NCBI GenBank assembly: GCA_963729895.1
Contig: CAVSQB010000018.1
Coordinates: forward strand, 78,074 to 142,073
Reading direction: 5' to 3'
DNA from: an uncultured Fibrobacterota bacterium
Lineage (GTDB): Bacteria > Fibrobacterota > Chitinivibrionia > Chitinivibrionales > FEN-1185
Length of the DNA stretch: 64,000 nt
Shown here: one piece after another, positions 37,593 to 46,801 of the stretch
How the letters are laid out: the number at the start of each line of letters is the position of its first letter
Numbering within the stretch: position 1 is the stretch's first letter
Notes under the pieces: model-generated
Databases searched by the model: none
The model's input: only the letters and a program-made list of their open reading frames with translations
What the model was told of the DNA's origin: nothing
Made by a program: the position numbers and the translations under genes

Positions 37593-39041
37593 ATGCACGA
37601 AGAAATGATTGCCTATATACGGGATCACGCACCGGTTTCCTCGATCGACCTTGCAACGGGATTCCTCAAGTTCAAAAATCCCGACGAGAAGATTGCCCAT
37701 GCCGCAATTCTGGGAATCCTTTCCAAAGACGCGCGATGCTGTTTCGGCAATGACAATTTGTGGCGGCCCGTGGCCCGGACCGTGCAGACGTCCGCGTCGC
37801 CCAGGCTCGCCGATATTGCCTGGGCAGCCGTGTACTTGCTTGTCCTTCCGGAAAATCTCTTCAGGCCGGTGCATGTTTCGGTGTGGACCGTTTCCGAACT
37901 TCCGGAACTGCTGTTCGAGCGGTGGCTCGTAGACCCGGACGTGCTCCCCTTTGAGGAACAGGAACTTCTTAAGAGCGTCCGAGACACATCGCCCGACCAG
38001 GAAACCATGCCGGAAAAGGCCGCGCTTCTGGTTCGCGCTTGCGAAGCGAGAACGCCGGTTTTTCTTTCGTGGAGACAACAGGCATTGTTCGCACGGTTGG
38101 CGGGCGAGGCCGGCTTCCCGCCGGCCGATAATGCCGTGCTCGCGGGGACGCTTTTTTCCTGCTGCAAACAGCCGGCCCCGAGGCCGCTCACTCTTGACTC
38201 GTGCAATAAGGCCCTGTTCGGTGCAGTGGCGGCGGGCGGTTATGCCTACAAGCACGGCGAGTACTTTGCCCTCTGCTGCCAGGAATTGTTGGGGATGTTG
38301 TCGGAGAAAGGCGTGGTCCTTCTTTCGGAGCTCGAGGCCGCCGAGCAGGAGGAGCTTTCGGCAATTGACTTTTCGGGAAAGGCGTTTTCTCGCGAGGATA
38401 TCGTAAACGCGCCGCAGGCCCCGGGCGTGTACGGGTTCAAGACAAAGAGCGGCGGCCACCTGTACATCGGCAAGGCCGTCAACCTCAGACGGCGGCTGAT
38501 GAGCTACTTCCGCTCCACGGATGAATCACCCGACAAGCTGTCTCGCATACGGGCCGAATCCCATTTCCTTGTTACCTACCGGTGCGGTTCGGAACTCGAA
38601 AGCCTGGTGTATGAATATCGCCTCATTCGGAAGCACGGGCCGATCCTCAACAGGCAGGCGGCGATAGCGGAGCGAAACGGCGCTTTCCAGCCGATTGACG
38701 ACAGCGTTGTGCTTCTCCCGCATGCCGAGCCGGACAAATGCATGTCGGTCTGGTTCAGGAGGAACCAGAAAGTGAACCTGCGGCAGTTCTTTTCCGATTT
38801 TCGCGACACTGCGGCCATGGAAGCGGAGCTTGATGAGTTCTTCTTCGGCGGTGCGCTGTTGCCAAGCCCAACCGATTTCCCGGAGCAGGAAATCGCCACG
38901 CGCTGGGTAAAACAGCACAAAGATGAATTGTGCATTGTCCCGGTGAGCAGGTCCGGATCGGGCAGGGAACTGTGGAAAATGATAATGAGTTTCTGGAAGG
39001 ACTGCAAGGGACAAGTGAAATCCGGAATTGATGAAGGATGA
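37593..39041 (+). CDS. GIY-YIG nuclease (UvrC/Cho-like) with a divergent N-terminal region
   Basis: PQAPGVYGF....G..LYIGKAVNLRRRLMSYF and ELESLVYEYRLIRKHGP.LN. Confidence 0.75.
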   Translation: MHEEMIAYIRDHAPVSSIDLATGFLKFKNPDEKIAHAAILGILSKDARCCFGNDNLWRPVARTVQTSASPRLADIAWAAVYLLVLPENLFRPVHVSVWTVSELPELLFERWLVDPDVLPFEEQELLKSVRDTSPDQETMPEKAALLVRACEARTPVFLSWRQQALFARLAGEAGFPPADNAVLAGTLFSCCKQPAPRPLTLDSCNKALFGAVAAGGYAYKHGEYFALCCQELLGMLSEKGVVLLSELEAAEQEELSAIDFSGKAFSREDIVNAPQAPGVYGFKTKSGGHLYIGKAVNLRRRLMSYFRSTDESPDKLSRIRAESHFLVTYRCGSELESLVYEYRLIRKHGPILNRQAAIAERNGAFQPIDDSVVLLPHAEPDKCMSVWFRRNQKVNLRQFFSDFRDTAAMEAELDEFFFGGALLPSPTDFPEQEIATRWVKQHKDELCIVPVSRSGSGRELWKMIMSFWKDCKGQVKSGIDEG

Positions 39042-39247
39042 GAAACTTCTTCATGAGCGGGGCAGTCTCTGCAGCGACTCAAAACAATCCGGATTCCTGT
39101 AAGGTTCCGCCTTCCCGGATGTTCACTGGGGTGAACATGATGTATTTAATGGCCGCACAATCACGAAAATTTCCTTATTATATTGATTGAACCGTCAGTT
39201 GAGAATAAATGTCCTAGCAATCACTATTTAAGGGGAGGGGGAAGTCC

Positions 39248-42076
39248 ATGTCAAGGAAACTTTTGGTATGTGTGAGTTTTCTGGTGTTCGTTGCCGCTGC
39301 AGTGTGTTGGGGCGACACGTACACTGGGGAACCGAGCAACAGGGTGAAGATCAACCTGGGAGCGACACCGTGGAAATTCATCCGATCCGACCCGGCAACG
39401 GCGAGCACCGTGGCTTTCAACGATGCATCGTATCCCAATGTGGGTATTCCGTACACTTGGGCAGACACCGAATCGTTTCTCAACATGCCGTCGGGCGGCG
39501 GTGACGGCAACATGGAGGGCGGCCCGTTCTGGTACCGGAAACATTTCACCCTAGACAACGCCTATGCAGGCCGGAAGATATTCGTGGAGTTCGAGGGCGT
39601 CCACATCGGGTGCCAGGTGTATGTCAACGGCACGTTCATGCCGGGAAACAGCGCGGAGAACCCGCAGGCCACGCACGTGATAGGCTTTATAGGTTTCGTC
39701 CTCGAAATGACAAGCCTTGTTAATTTCGGCGGGGCAGATAATGTAATTGCCGTCCGGGTTTCCAAGAGCCAGGGATTCTACGCTGACCCGGGTTTTTCCG
39801 AAGTCTTTCGCTTTGGGCAGGCGGACGGGGGCATTTTTAGGCCGGTATGGCTTCACATCACCGATCCGGTACATGTGCCGCTCAACGTGTATTCGTGCGT
39901 TAACCAATGGGGGACCTATGTCGCGGCGCAGACCGTGGCCAATGACGGATCCTCGGCAACCGTAGACGTAAAGACAAACGTGCAGAACGAGGGCGCTGCA
40001 GCATCAAGTGTCACCCTCACCACCAAGATTGTCGATGCAACCAATACGGTGGTATATTCCGGCGACGCCACGCAGTCGATCGGCGCAGGAACAAGCTACG
40101 TCTTTGACCAGACCGCTACAGTTGCAAACCCAAACTTGTGGTACCCCAACAACAGTCCCTACGGGAAACCGTATATGTACAAAGTGTACCATATCCTTAA
40201 AGTCAACGGGGCCACCGTTGACGTTTTTACGGACAACTATGGGATCCACGTCCTTACATGGGACCAGAATTTCCCCTATTTTAACGGACACAAACACCTG
40301 CTGTACGGCGCCTCGGCGAGGTACGATTATCCTGCGCTCGGAACGGCGCTCCCCCCCGAGGTTGAGTGGCGCGACGCAAAGCTGCTTGCCGACATCGGCG
40401 GCAGCCTGTGGCGGCCCGGTCATTCGTCGTGCAGCGCGGGATTTGTTGAGGCATGCGACAACGAGGGAATCATGCTCATCCAGCCGAGCGGCGATGGCGA
40501 GGGCTCGTTCAACGGAGTGGCGCCCACCGACGCGAAAGGCATACTCAAAAGCGAGATACAGCGCGACGTAGTAATCCGGGACAGGAACCATCCGTCCATC
40601 CTTGCGTGGGAGATAGACAACGGCGGGAACTCCCTGGCATTGTCCCAGGCGCTGACGGCGCTTATCGCGCAGTGGGAACCCGTCAACCCGCATGTGACCG
40701 CCGACCGTACACCAAATCCAGCATATGGCTTCCTGCTTTCCTGCACGGTTGTCGGATGCGAAATCGGCGTTAAGAACCAGTATCCCAACAACCCGGCCTG
40801 GGGCGCGGAGTGGTGGAGCGACTACGGCAGGATGGCGAGGTTCGAGTACGATTACGAACTTGCCTTCTGCGCCGATTACATGAATACATGGGTGAACAGC
40901 AGAGCCAAGAACTGCTTCGGCATGGCGCAATGGTACATGTCCGAAACGCCGGGCGAGGATGGTGTGTCACTTCCCTTCAAAAATCTAGCCACCCCGCCGA
41001 AGGCAAGGTCGTTCGAGTGCTCAATGATGGATTTCAACCGCATTCCCAAACTCCTGTACTACGGGTATCAGGCCTGCTGGATTCCAAACGCCACAAAGCC
41101 TGTGGTAAAGATTGGAAACCACTGGAACAGGTCGGGCACAGTAATGGTCTATGGGTTCAGCAACTGCCCGAAGGTGCGTCTATCTGTCAACGGTACCGTG
41201 GTCAGCACGCAAACCCCCAACCCGCTAACGGGAGTCGCGCCCAACAACGATCACTCCCAGACCACCACCCAGTTGCCATGCGAGGTCTGGTGGAATAACG
41301 TCCCCTTTGCGGCCGGTACCGTGAAGGCTGAAGGGCTTGACGGAAATGGAAACGTGGTATGTGTCGACTCGGAAGTGACGGCCGGCACTCCCGACCATAT
41401 CGTGCTCACGGTTGACCCGCACGTGGTAAAACCCGACGGCGAAGTCTTCCAATTCATGGCGAACGGATCGGACGCGGCCCTTATCCTCGCCACCGTGGTC
41501 GATGCGAACGGAAACTGGTGCCCAACGGACAGCGGTTTGATAACCTGGCATGTTTCCGGACCAGGCCAATACAGGGGAGGCTCGGACCAATACGTTAACG
41601 CCGCCAAGCCGTTTTCCTGGCACGCGCCCGGCGATACCGAATTGACCATTGAAGGTGGAAAGTGCAAGGTGGCTGTGCGAACTACCTTCACAACCGGTAC
41701 GGTAACGGTCAGTGCAAATTCGGCGGGATTGGGTTCCGGAACAACGTCGTTCACGGTTGGTTCCGTCACCACGCCGGTAACCTACCGCATTCCTGCCGCC
41801 ATGGCACCGCGTTCAATGGTTCCGACACTTAAGATAGGGGTGTCCGGCTCAACGATCCGCTATTACATCAGTTCGCCGGCCGTTGTCGCCGTGGATCTCA
41901 TCTCTGCAAGCGGCAAAGTAGTAATGAGGGTGCCGGCGGCAAAGCAGTCGCTGGGCTGGCATCAGATTCAAAGCGCGGCGGTTGCCGGCGCGGCAAAAGC
42001 CGCGGGAGTGTATTTTGCGAGATTTTCGCTCGACGGCGGATATCAGTGCGTAAAGCGGATCCTTGTTTCGGACTAG
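39248..42076 (+). CDS. Secreted glycoside hydrolase family 2 protein with a C-terminal sorting-like domain
   Basis: Signal peptide; WYRKHF, FVEFEGV, GGIFRPV, RDRNHPSILAWE and HWN..G...VYGFSN; tail ending GVYFARF. Confidence 0.85.
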   Translation: MSRKLLVCVSFLVFVAAAVCWGDTYTGEPSNRVKINLGATPWKFIRSDPATASTVAFNDASYPNVGIPYTWADTESFLNMPSGGGDGNMEGGPFWYRKHFTLDNAYAGRKIFVEFEGVHIGCQVYVNGTFMPGNSAENPQATHVIGFIGFVLEMTSLVNFGGADNVIAVRVSKSQGFYADPGFSEVFRFGQADGGIFRPVWLHITDPVHVPLNVYSCVNQWGTYVAAQTVANDGSSATVDVKTNVQNEGAAASSVTLTTKIVDATNTVVYSGDATQSIGAGTSYVFDQTATVANPNLWYPNNSPYGKPYMYKVYHILKVNGATVDVFTDNYGIHVLTWDQNFPYFNGHKHLLYGASARYDYPALGTALPPEVEWRDAKLLADIGGSLWRPGHSSCSAGFVEACDNEGIMLIQPSGDGEGSFNGVAPTDAKGILKSEIQRDVVIRDRNHPSILAWEIDNGGNSLALSQALTALIAQWEPVNPHVTADRTPNPAYGFLLSCTVVGCEIGVKNQYPNNPAWGAEWWSDYGRMARFEYDYELAFCADYMNTWVNSRAKNCFGMAQWYMSETPGEDGVSLPFKNLATPPKARSFECSMMDFNRIPKLLYYGYQACWIPNATKPVVKIGNHWNRSGTVMVYGFSNCPKVRLSVNGTVVSTQTPNPLTGVAPNNDHSQTTTQLPCEVWWNNVPFAAGTVKAEGLDGNGNVVCVDSEVTAGTPDHIVLTVDPHVVKPDGEVFQFMANGSDAALILATVVDANGNWCPTDSGLITWHVSGPGQYRGGSDQYVNAAKPFSWHAPGDTELTIEGGKCKVAVRTTFTTGTVTVSANSAGLGSGTTSFTVGSVTTPVTYRIPAAMAPRSMVPTLKIGVSGSTIRYYISSPAVVAVDLISASGKVVMRVPAAKQSLGWHQIQSAAVAGAAKAAGVYFARFSLDGGYQCVKRILVSD

Positions 42077-42087
42077 ACAGACGGATT

Positions 42088-42145
42088 ACGACGGCACAAA
42101 AGGAAAAAGCCCCGATCGCGGGGCCTTTTCCTTTTGTGCCGTCGT
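42088..42145. terminator. Long bidirectional hairpin between convergent genes
   Basis: ACGACGGCACAAAAGGAAAA.GCCCC / GGGGC.TTTTCCTTTTGTGCCGTCGT. Confidence 0.85.
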
Positions 42146-42148
42146 CTT

Positions 42149-43294
42149 TTACCGCGACTTCCTCGAAAACCGCTGGCCTTTCCAGGTGAACCGTCCGAAC
42201 ACGCCGAGCGCCACCGCGGCCAGTACTACCGGAAGCTGGATGAGCGAGGCCGGCGCCAGAAACTTCAAGAGCCGTTTCTCGCCGAACAGGCGCGCGCCCG
42301 GCACCATGAGGACCGCCTCGCCAAGCACCTTGACAAGCAGCATTCCCCCGCAGGCCGCAAAGGCGTCGGGCGAAAAAAACCCCCCGCAGAAGGTCGCCGC
42401 GATCACGGCGTAAAAGAGGAACACGCTCGACAGAAGGCACACTTGCTTTGTGCTGTAATGGACCGTTTTCGATCCCCATCGTTTGCGCTGCTCGAACAGG
42501 CCCCAAAAAGTGGGGGTGGGCCGGGTGCCGACTTTCCCGTCGTTATCTGCCATGTACCGGATGCGCCATTTTCCGCTTCGCCATATCCGCTGAAGAAGCA
42601 AGTCGTCGTCGCCGGAAATCACGGCGCCGTGTACGCCGTACCCGTTTGCCTCTGCAAACGCCGTTCTTCTAAAGGCAAAATTGTTCGCGTTGGAATTGAG
42701 GGGCAGGTTTGCGCCGATGGCCGCGGCCGACACCACGCCATGCGAGAGAAAGTCGACCGCCTGAAGGCCGAAGAAGACCTGACTCATTCCGGAAACGTAT
42801 TCGTACGCGGAAATGCCCTGGACCAAGCCTGTTTGCTTGTCGAGATACCGGTCGATGGTTTCCAGCCATGTGGCAAGGACCACGCAATCTGCATCTGTAA
42901 AGACAATGATCTCGTTGCGCGCCGCCGCGATTCCCCGGCCGACGGCGTGCTTCTTTGGGGACATTCCCGGCGGGGTCTTGTCCACCGTAATGACCGACAC
43001 GTTGGGACAGCGCCCCGCAATTGCACCCGCAACAGTTGCGGTGGCGTCGGAGGAGCGGTCGTTGACAATGATAACTTCGTAGCGGGCCGGACTTATCGTT
43101 TGGGACAGGACCGACGTCATGCATCTTTCAATGTTTTGCTCTTCGTTGTGGGCCGCGATGACAACGGAGAAGGTGAGGTTGTTTGGAGTGCTGGGCGGTA
43201 TTGAAAGGCGGCGAAGGCCCGCTAAGAGGAAGATGATGATGCAGAAGTAAACGAGGGAGAGGCTCGCCGGAATAATTACAAAGAGTAGCGTCAT
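42149..43294 (-). CDS. Membrane-bound GT2 glycosyltransferase
   Basis: SVVIAAHNEE, NDRSSD, FTDAD, GDDD and QRKRW; N- and C-terminal TM helices. Confidence 0.88.
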   Translation of the reverse strand: MTLLFVIIPASLSLVYFCIIIFLLAGLRRLSIPPSTPNNLTFSVVIAAHNEEQNIERCMTSVLSQTISPARYEVIIVNDRSSDATATVAGAIAGRCPNVSVITVDKTPPGMSPKKHAVGRGIAAARNEIIVFTDADCVVLATWLETIDRYLDKQTGLVQGISAYEYVSGMSQVFFGLQAVDFLSHGVVSAAAIGANLPLNSNANNFAFRRTAFAEANGYGVHGAVISGDDDLLLQRIWRSGKWRIRYMADNDGKVGTRPTPTFWGLFEQRKRWGSKTVHYSTKQVCLLSSVFLFYAVIAATFCGGFFSPDAFAACGGMLLVKVLGEAVLMVPGARLFGEKRLLKFLAPASLIQLPVVLAAVALGVFGRFTWKGQRFSRKSR

Positions 43295-43674
43295 TAGCGA
43301 ATCGCTTGGCATGGCGGACTTTGCAGCGCCGGGCCAAGCATGTTCCTTTCGGTCTTTAAGATACGCTGCGGACCACGCGTACGCCATCATTTTGAGCAGT
43401 TTCCGGCGTTGCAGAAAGAATCTTCGCACGTCTTTCGCCGGTTGGCGGCCTTGACGGCCGGCACCGGGGTAGGGGCACCGAGAATGTTGACATCAACCAC
43501 CGGGCACCTTATAATCAACAGGAGGGCGGCAAGACGGGGCGGCATTTTTATGAGGATCTTTACGGACTGTGCCGGAGCCTCGCGAACACAACCCATTTCC
43601 AGCGCCGATCCGTGAGGCGTGCCGGTGGCGCAACAAGGTTAGCGCTCTGGATCGGACAAAAGGGACTAAACGGC

Positions 43675-44812
43675 ATGAAAGCAGTCCTTCTGGAAGACGT
43701 CAAGAAGCTTGCAGTGCGCAACATTCCCGATCCTGTACCCAAGGCGCGCGAGGTACTGATCCTGGTAAAGGCAGTGGGGGTGTGCGGAACGGACATCCAC
43801 ATCTATCAGGGTCACGGCAATTGGAATTTCGACGTTCGTGGCCGGGCTATTCCCTTGTCTGAGAATCCTCAGATCCTTGGGCACGAATTCAGCGGCGAGG
43901 TACTGGAGACCGGGAATGGCGTGAAAGACCTGGCGCCCGGCGATCGCGTGCTGTGCGACCAGGGAGAAAACTGCATGAGCCAGGGGCGCTTGCCTCTATG
44001 CGAATATTGCGCTTCCGGCGATTCACACCAGTGCCTTTACTATGGCGAACACGGTGTTACCGGTCTGTCGGGAGCTTTGGCACAGTATATCTGCATGCCG
44101 GCAGTCAATTGTCTGAAGATTCCCCGCAGCATGTCCTTCGAACAGGGTGCGCTCGTGGAGCCGCTCGCGTGCATCATTCATGCCATGGATTTGGTCGAGC
44201 GCGCCCATGCCCGTTTCACATTCTCCGGCCGGCATCGCATCCGCACTGTTCTCATCGTCGGAGCCGGTCCGGCGGGATTGCTTTTTCTCCAGTACTTGCG
44301 AAACGTCAAGCGGTTCGAGGGGCGGGTTCTGGTTACGGACCTTCGCGAGACGTGTCTGAACCTGGTAGAAAAATTCGGCGGCTCGCGCCTCGCTGCCGTC
44401 CGCGGCGAGATTGCTGCGGCTGTGATGGATAGTACCGGCGGGAGACCGGGTGCATTGCCTGATTGATGCCTGTGGAAGCGCGGAGGTGCTGGTGCAGGCA
44501 CCCGGCCTGCTGCACAAACAGGGAACCCTGATGATTTACGGGGCCGGCCATAAAGACAAGGACATCGGTATTCTTGGCCCGGTGTTGTTTCTGGAGCCGA
44601 CGTTACTCACGTCGGTGGGCGCGTCAGGAGGGTTTGACCAGGACGGCCGTCCCACAACCTACCGCCGGGCTTCGGAGCTGATAAGCGGCGGGACAATTCA
44701 GGTTATGCCGCTCGTTACCCACCGTTACACCTCCTTGGAGACCATACACATGGCGTTTGATGCGGATTTTAGGCACGACAACTATATAAAGGGAATGCTG
44801 AACCTGGGTTGA
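43675..44812 (+). pseudogene. Zn-dependent (MDR) sugar-alcohol dehydrogenase, frameshifted near 44441
   Basis: GVCGTD, GHEFSG, Cys cluster and GAGPAG; removing one G from GGG (44440-44442) joins the two ORFs as TGGDRVHCLIDACG. Confidence 0.8.
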
Positions 44813-44832
44813 TGAAGGGATGTTTGCGGTTG

Positions 44833-45492
44833 TCAATGATGCCGGAGTGCTTCAGCATTTTTCTCGGAGACCTTTTTGTAAAGGCCATGCCGCCTGATGT
44901 ACCGGGCGACGTCGGCAGGCAACAAGTACTCGCAGGAGTAGCCGTTTTCGAGGTAGCGCCGTATCAGGGTTGAGCTGAGCGCCCATTCCGGCGAAGGGAA
45001 GGTCTTCATGACGGCCGAGCCGAGCTCCGGCGGAACATGGAGGGCGTGGCCGGGCCTGTGCGCAACGCAGAGCGTCACGAGGGCAAGGATTTCACGGTAG
45101 CGGTTCCACGTGGCAATCTCATTGAGGTTATCGGAGCCAATGATAAAATAAAGCGGCCTCGACCGGTGCCTGCCCGCTATCTCTTGAATCGTATCAATGG
45201 AGTAGGAAATACCGCCGCGCCGAATCTCCCCGTCCCACACTACCAGCGAGGAGGACCCATTCGCGGCAAGTTTGGCCATTGCGAGCCGGTGCTCGGTGCT
45301 CGTAATATCCGCATCGTACTTGTGCGGCGGCATTCCGGACGGGACAAGGTATACTTTTTCGAGCCCGAAATAGTCCCGTGCAAGGCAGGCGACCGCGCAG
45401 TGGCCGTTATGAATAGGATTAAAGATGCCGCCGAGAATTCCAAGGGCGGATTTGGGATGGTGGGACGGCGTTGCGCGACGTAACATTTTCAT
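44833..45492 (-). CDS. nadD: Nicotinate-nucleotide adenylyltransferase
   Basis: GG.FNPIHNGH, PPHK, YFIIGSD and SST.IR motifs. Confidence 0.92.
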   Translation of the reverse strand: MKMLRRATPSHHPKSALGILGGIFNPIHNGHCAVACLARDYFGLEKVYLVPSGMPPHKYDADITSTEHRLAMAKLAANGSSSLVVWDGEIRRGGISYSIDTIQEIAGRHRSRPLYFIIGSDNLNEIATWNRYREILALVTLCVAHRPGHALHVPPELGSAVMKTFPSPEWALSSTLIRRYLENGYSCEYLLPADVARYIRRHGLYKKVSEKNAEALRHH

Positions 45493-45497
45493 TTCCT

Positions 45498-45672
45498 GCC
45501 ACTTTGAATAAGCATTTGCGTCATGCCTTCGGCAGTGGTTTTAGGGGAAACCCCCGCCTATGGCGGGAGAGCAGGACGGCTACGTAACGGCACAGATGCC
45601 GTTTCTTTTTTCGCGGCCTATTGGCCGCTTCAAAAAGCCCTCGCCCATGGCGGGGGTTGTTTACTAAGTGCC
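45498..45672. repeat. Palindrome-rich intergenic element (MITE/REP-like)
   Basis: Two related hairpins CCCGCCTATGGCGGG and CTCGCCCATGGCGGG, further stems, and imperfect terminal inverted repeats. Confidence 0.45.
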
Positions 45673-45720
45673 GGCTCTAACCTCGTGATACGCGCGATGT
45701 AAAGACCCATTGACACGGCG

Positions 45721-46476
45721 TTACTTTGCGGGCAATTTCGATTTCAGGAGTTGTGCCTTTCTCAGAATGGCCTCGTCTTTGGTCTGGTGCAGCAGTTCCT
45801 CAAGGACCGATGCCGCCTCGGACGCCCTGTTTGTCTTCTCCAGGTCTTCTGCCGTGCCCAACAGGGCCAAGGGGACAAACTTGCTTTGCGGATATTCGTC
45901 GATCACCACTTTGTAATAGACGATTGCTGCCTCATACTGCTCTATTCTCTCGTAGAAACGGGCGTTCTCAAATTCCTTTTCCGCAAATTTTGCGTCCGCC
46001 TTGTCAATATACGCGCGAGCGCTGTCGGCAAACGGGCTCCTGGGAAACAGCTCCACGAAATCCTTGAGCCGTGTCTGGGCTTCTTTCGTCGAGGTCTGGT
46101 CGAGCTCTATTGAATGTGACGAAAGGAACATTGTGTAACCGACAAGATAGTACGATTCCTCGTAAAACGGCGAGCTGGGGTAGGTCTGAACAATGCGGTC
46201 AAATTCCGTTTTCGCCTCGTCGTTCTTTTTGAGCGCGAGCAGGGACTTCGCCTGGTAATACAGCATCGAATCGTACGCGTTGTGGCCAGGGCACTGGGCG
46301 AGGACCTCGGCAAGAATGTTGGTGACGTCGTAATACTTCTTCTTGTTGTACTTTTCAACAGCCTTAGCAAGCTGGCCACTGCAGTCAAACAGTTTTTTCG
46401 GCTTCGCTGATGCCGAAACCGCAATGACTGCGGCAAGCAGCAGGGAAAGAAGAATCCGACTTCCGGATGTTCGCAT
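45721..46476 (-). CDS. bamD: Outer-membrane assembly factor BamD-like TPR protein
   Basis: YPSSPFYEES, ELDQTSTKEA...FVELFPRSPF and AEKEFENARFY...AAIVYY. Confidence 0.8.
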   Translation of the reverse strand: MRTSGSRILLSLLLAAVIAVSASAKPKKLFDCSGQLAKAVEKYNKKKYYDVTNILAEVLAQCPGHNAYDSMLYYQAKSLLALKKNDEAKTEFDRIVQTYPSSPFYEESYYLVGYTMFLSSHSIELDQTSTKEAQTRLKDFVELFPRSPFADSARAYIDKADAKFAEKEFENARFYERIEQYEAAIVYYKVVIDEYPQSKFVPLALLGTAEDLEKTNRASEAASVLEELLHQTKDEAILRKAQLLKSKLPAK

Positions 46477-46801
46477 CGTTATTCCTGTTTTGTTAAGAAT
46501 CGCAGGGCCGCCGGGGGAAGCCTTCGAACCGATACTTTCTTCCAAAATACTTTGTATCCCGGGGAAGTAGTAAGAAGTGGTTTATGGGGTGCAGAAAAAC
46601 AAGCGCATGCGGAGCGCATATCGGGCTTGATCCGAGCGTTACCGGCTTTATCGGCACGACGCATCGGCTTTGTCGACAGATTCCTTGAAGGCGCCTGCAC
46701 AAGGAGGTATTTTCAAACAAGTTGCGCATTACATCTTTTTGCGGTTTTCCAGATGCTCGCAACCGTATGCGTACTGCGGGAGACTGCTTCTTGCGGAAAT
46801 A

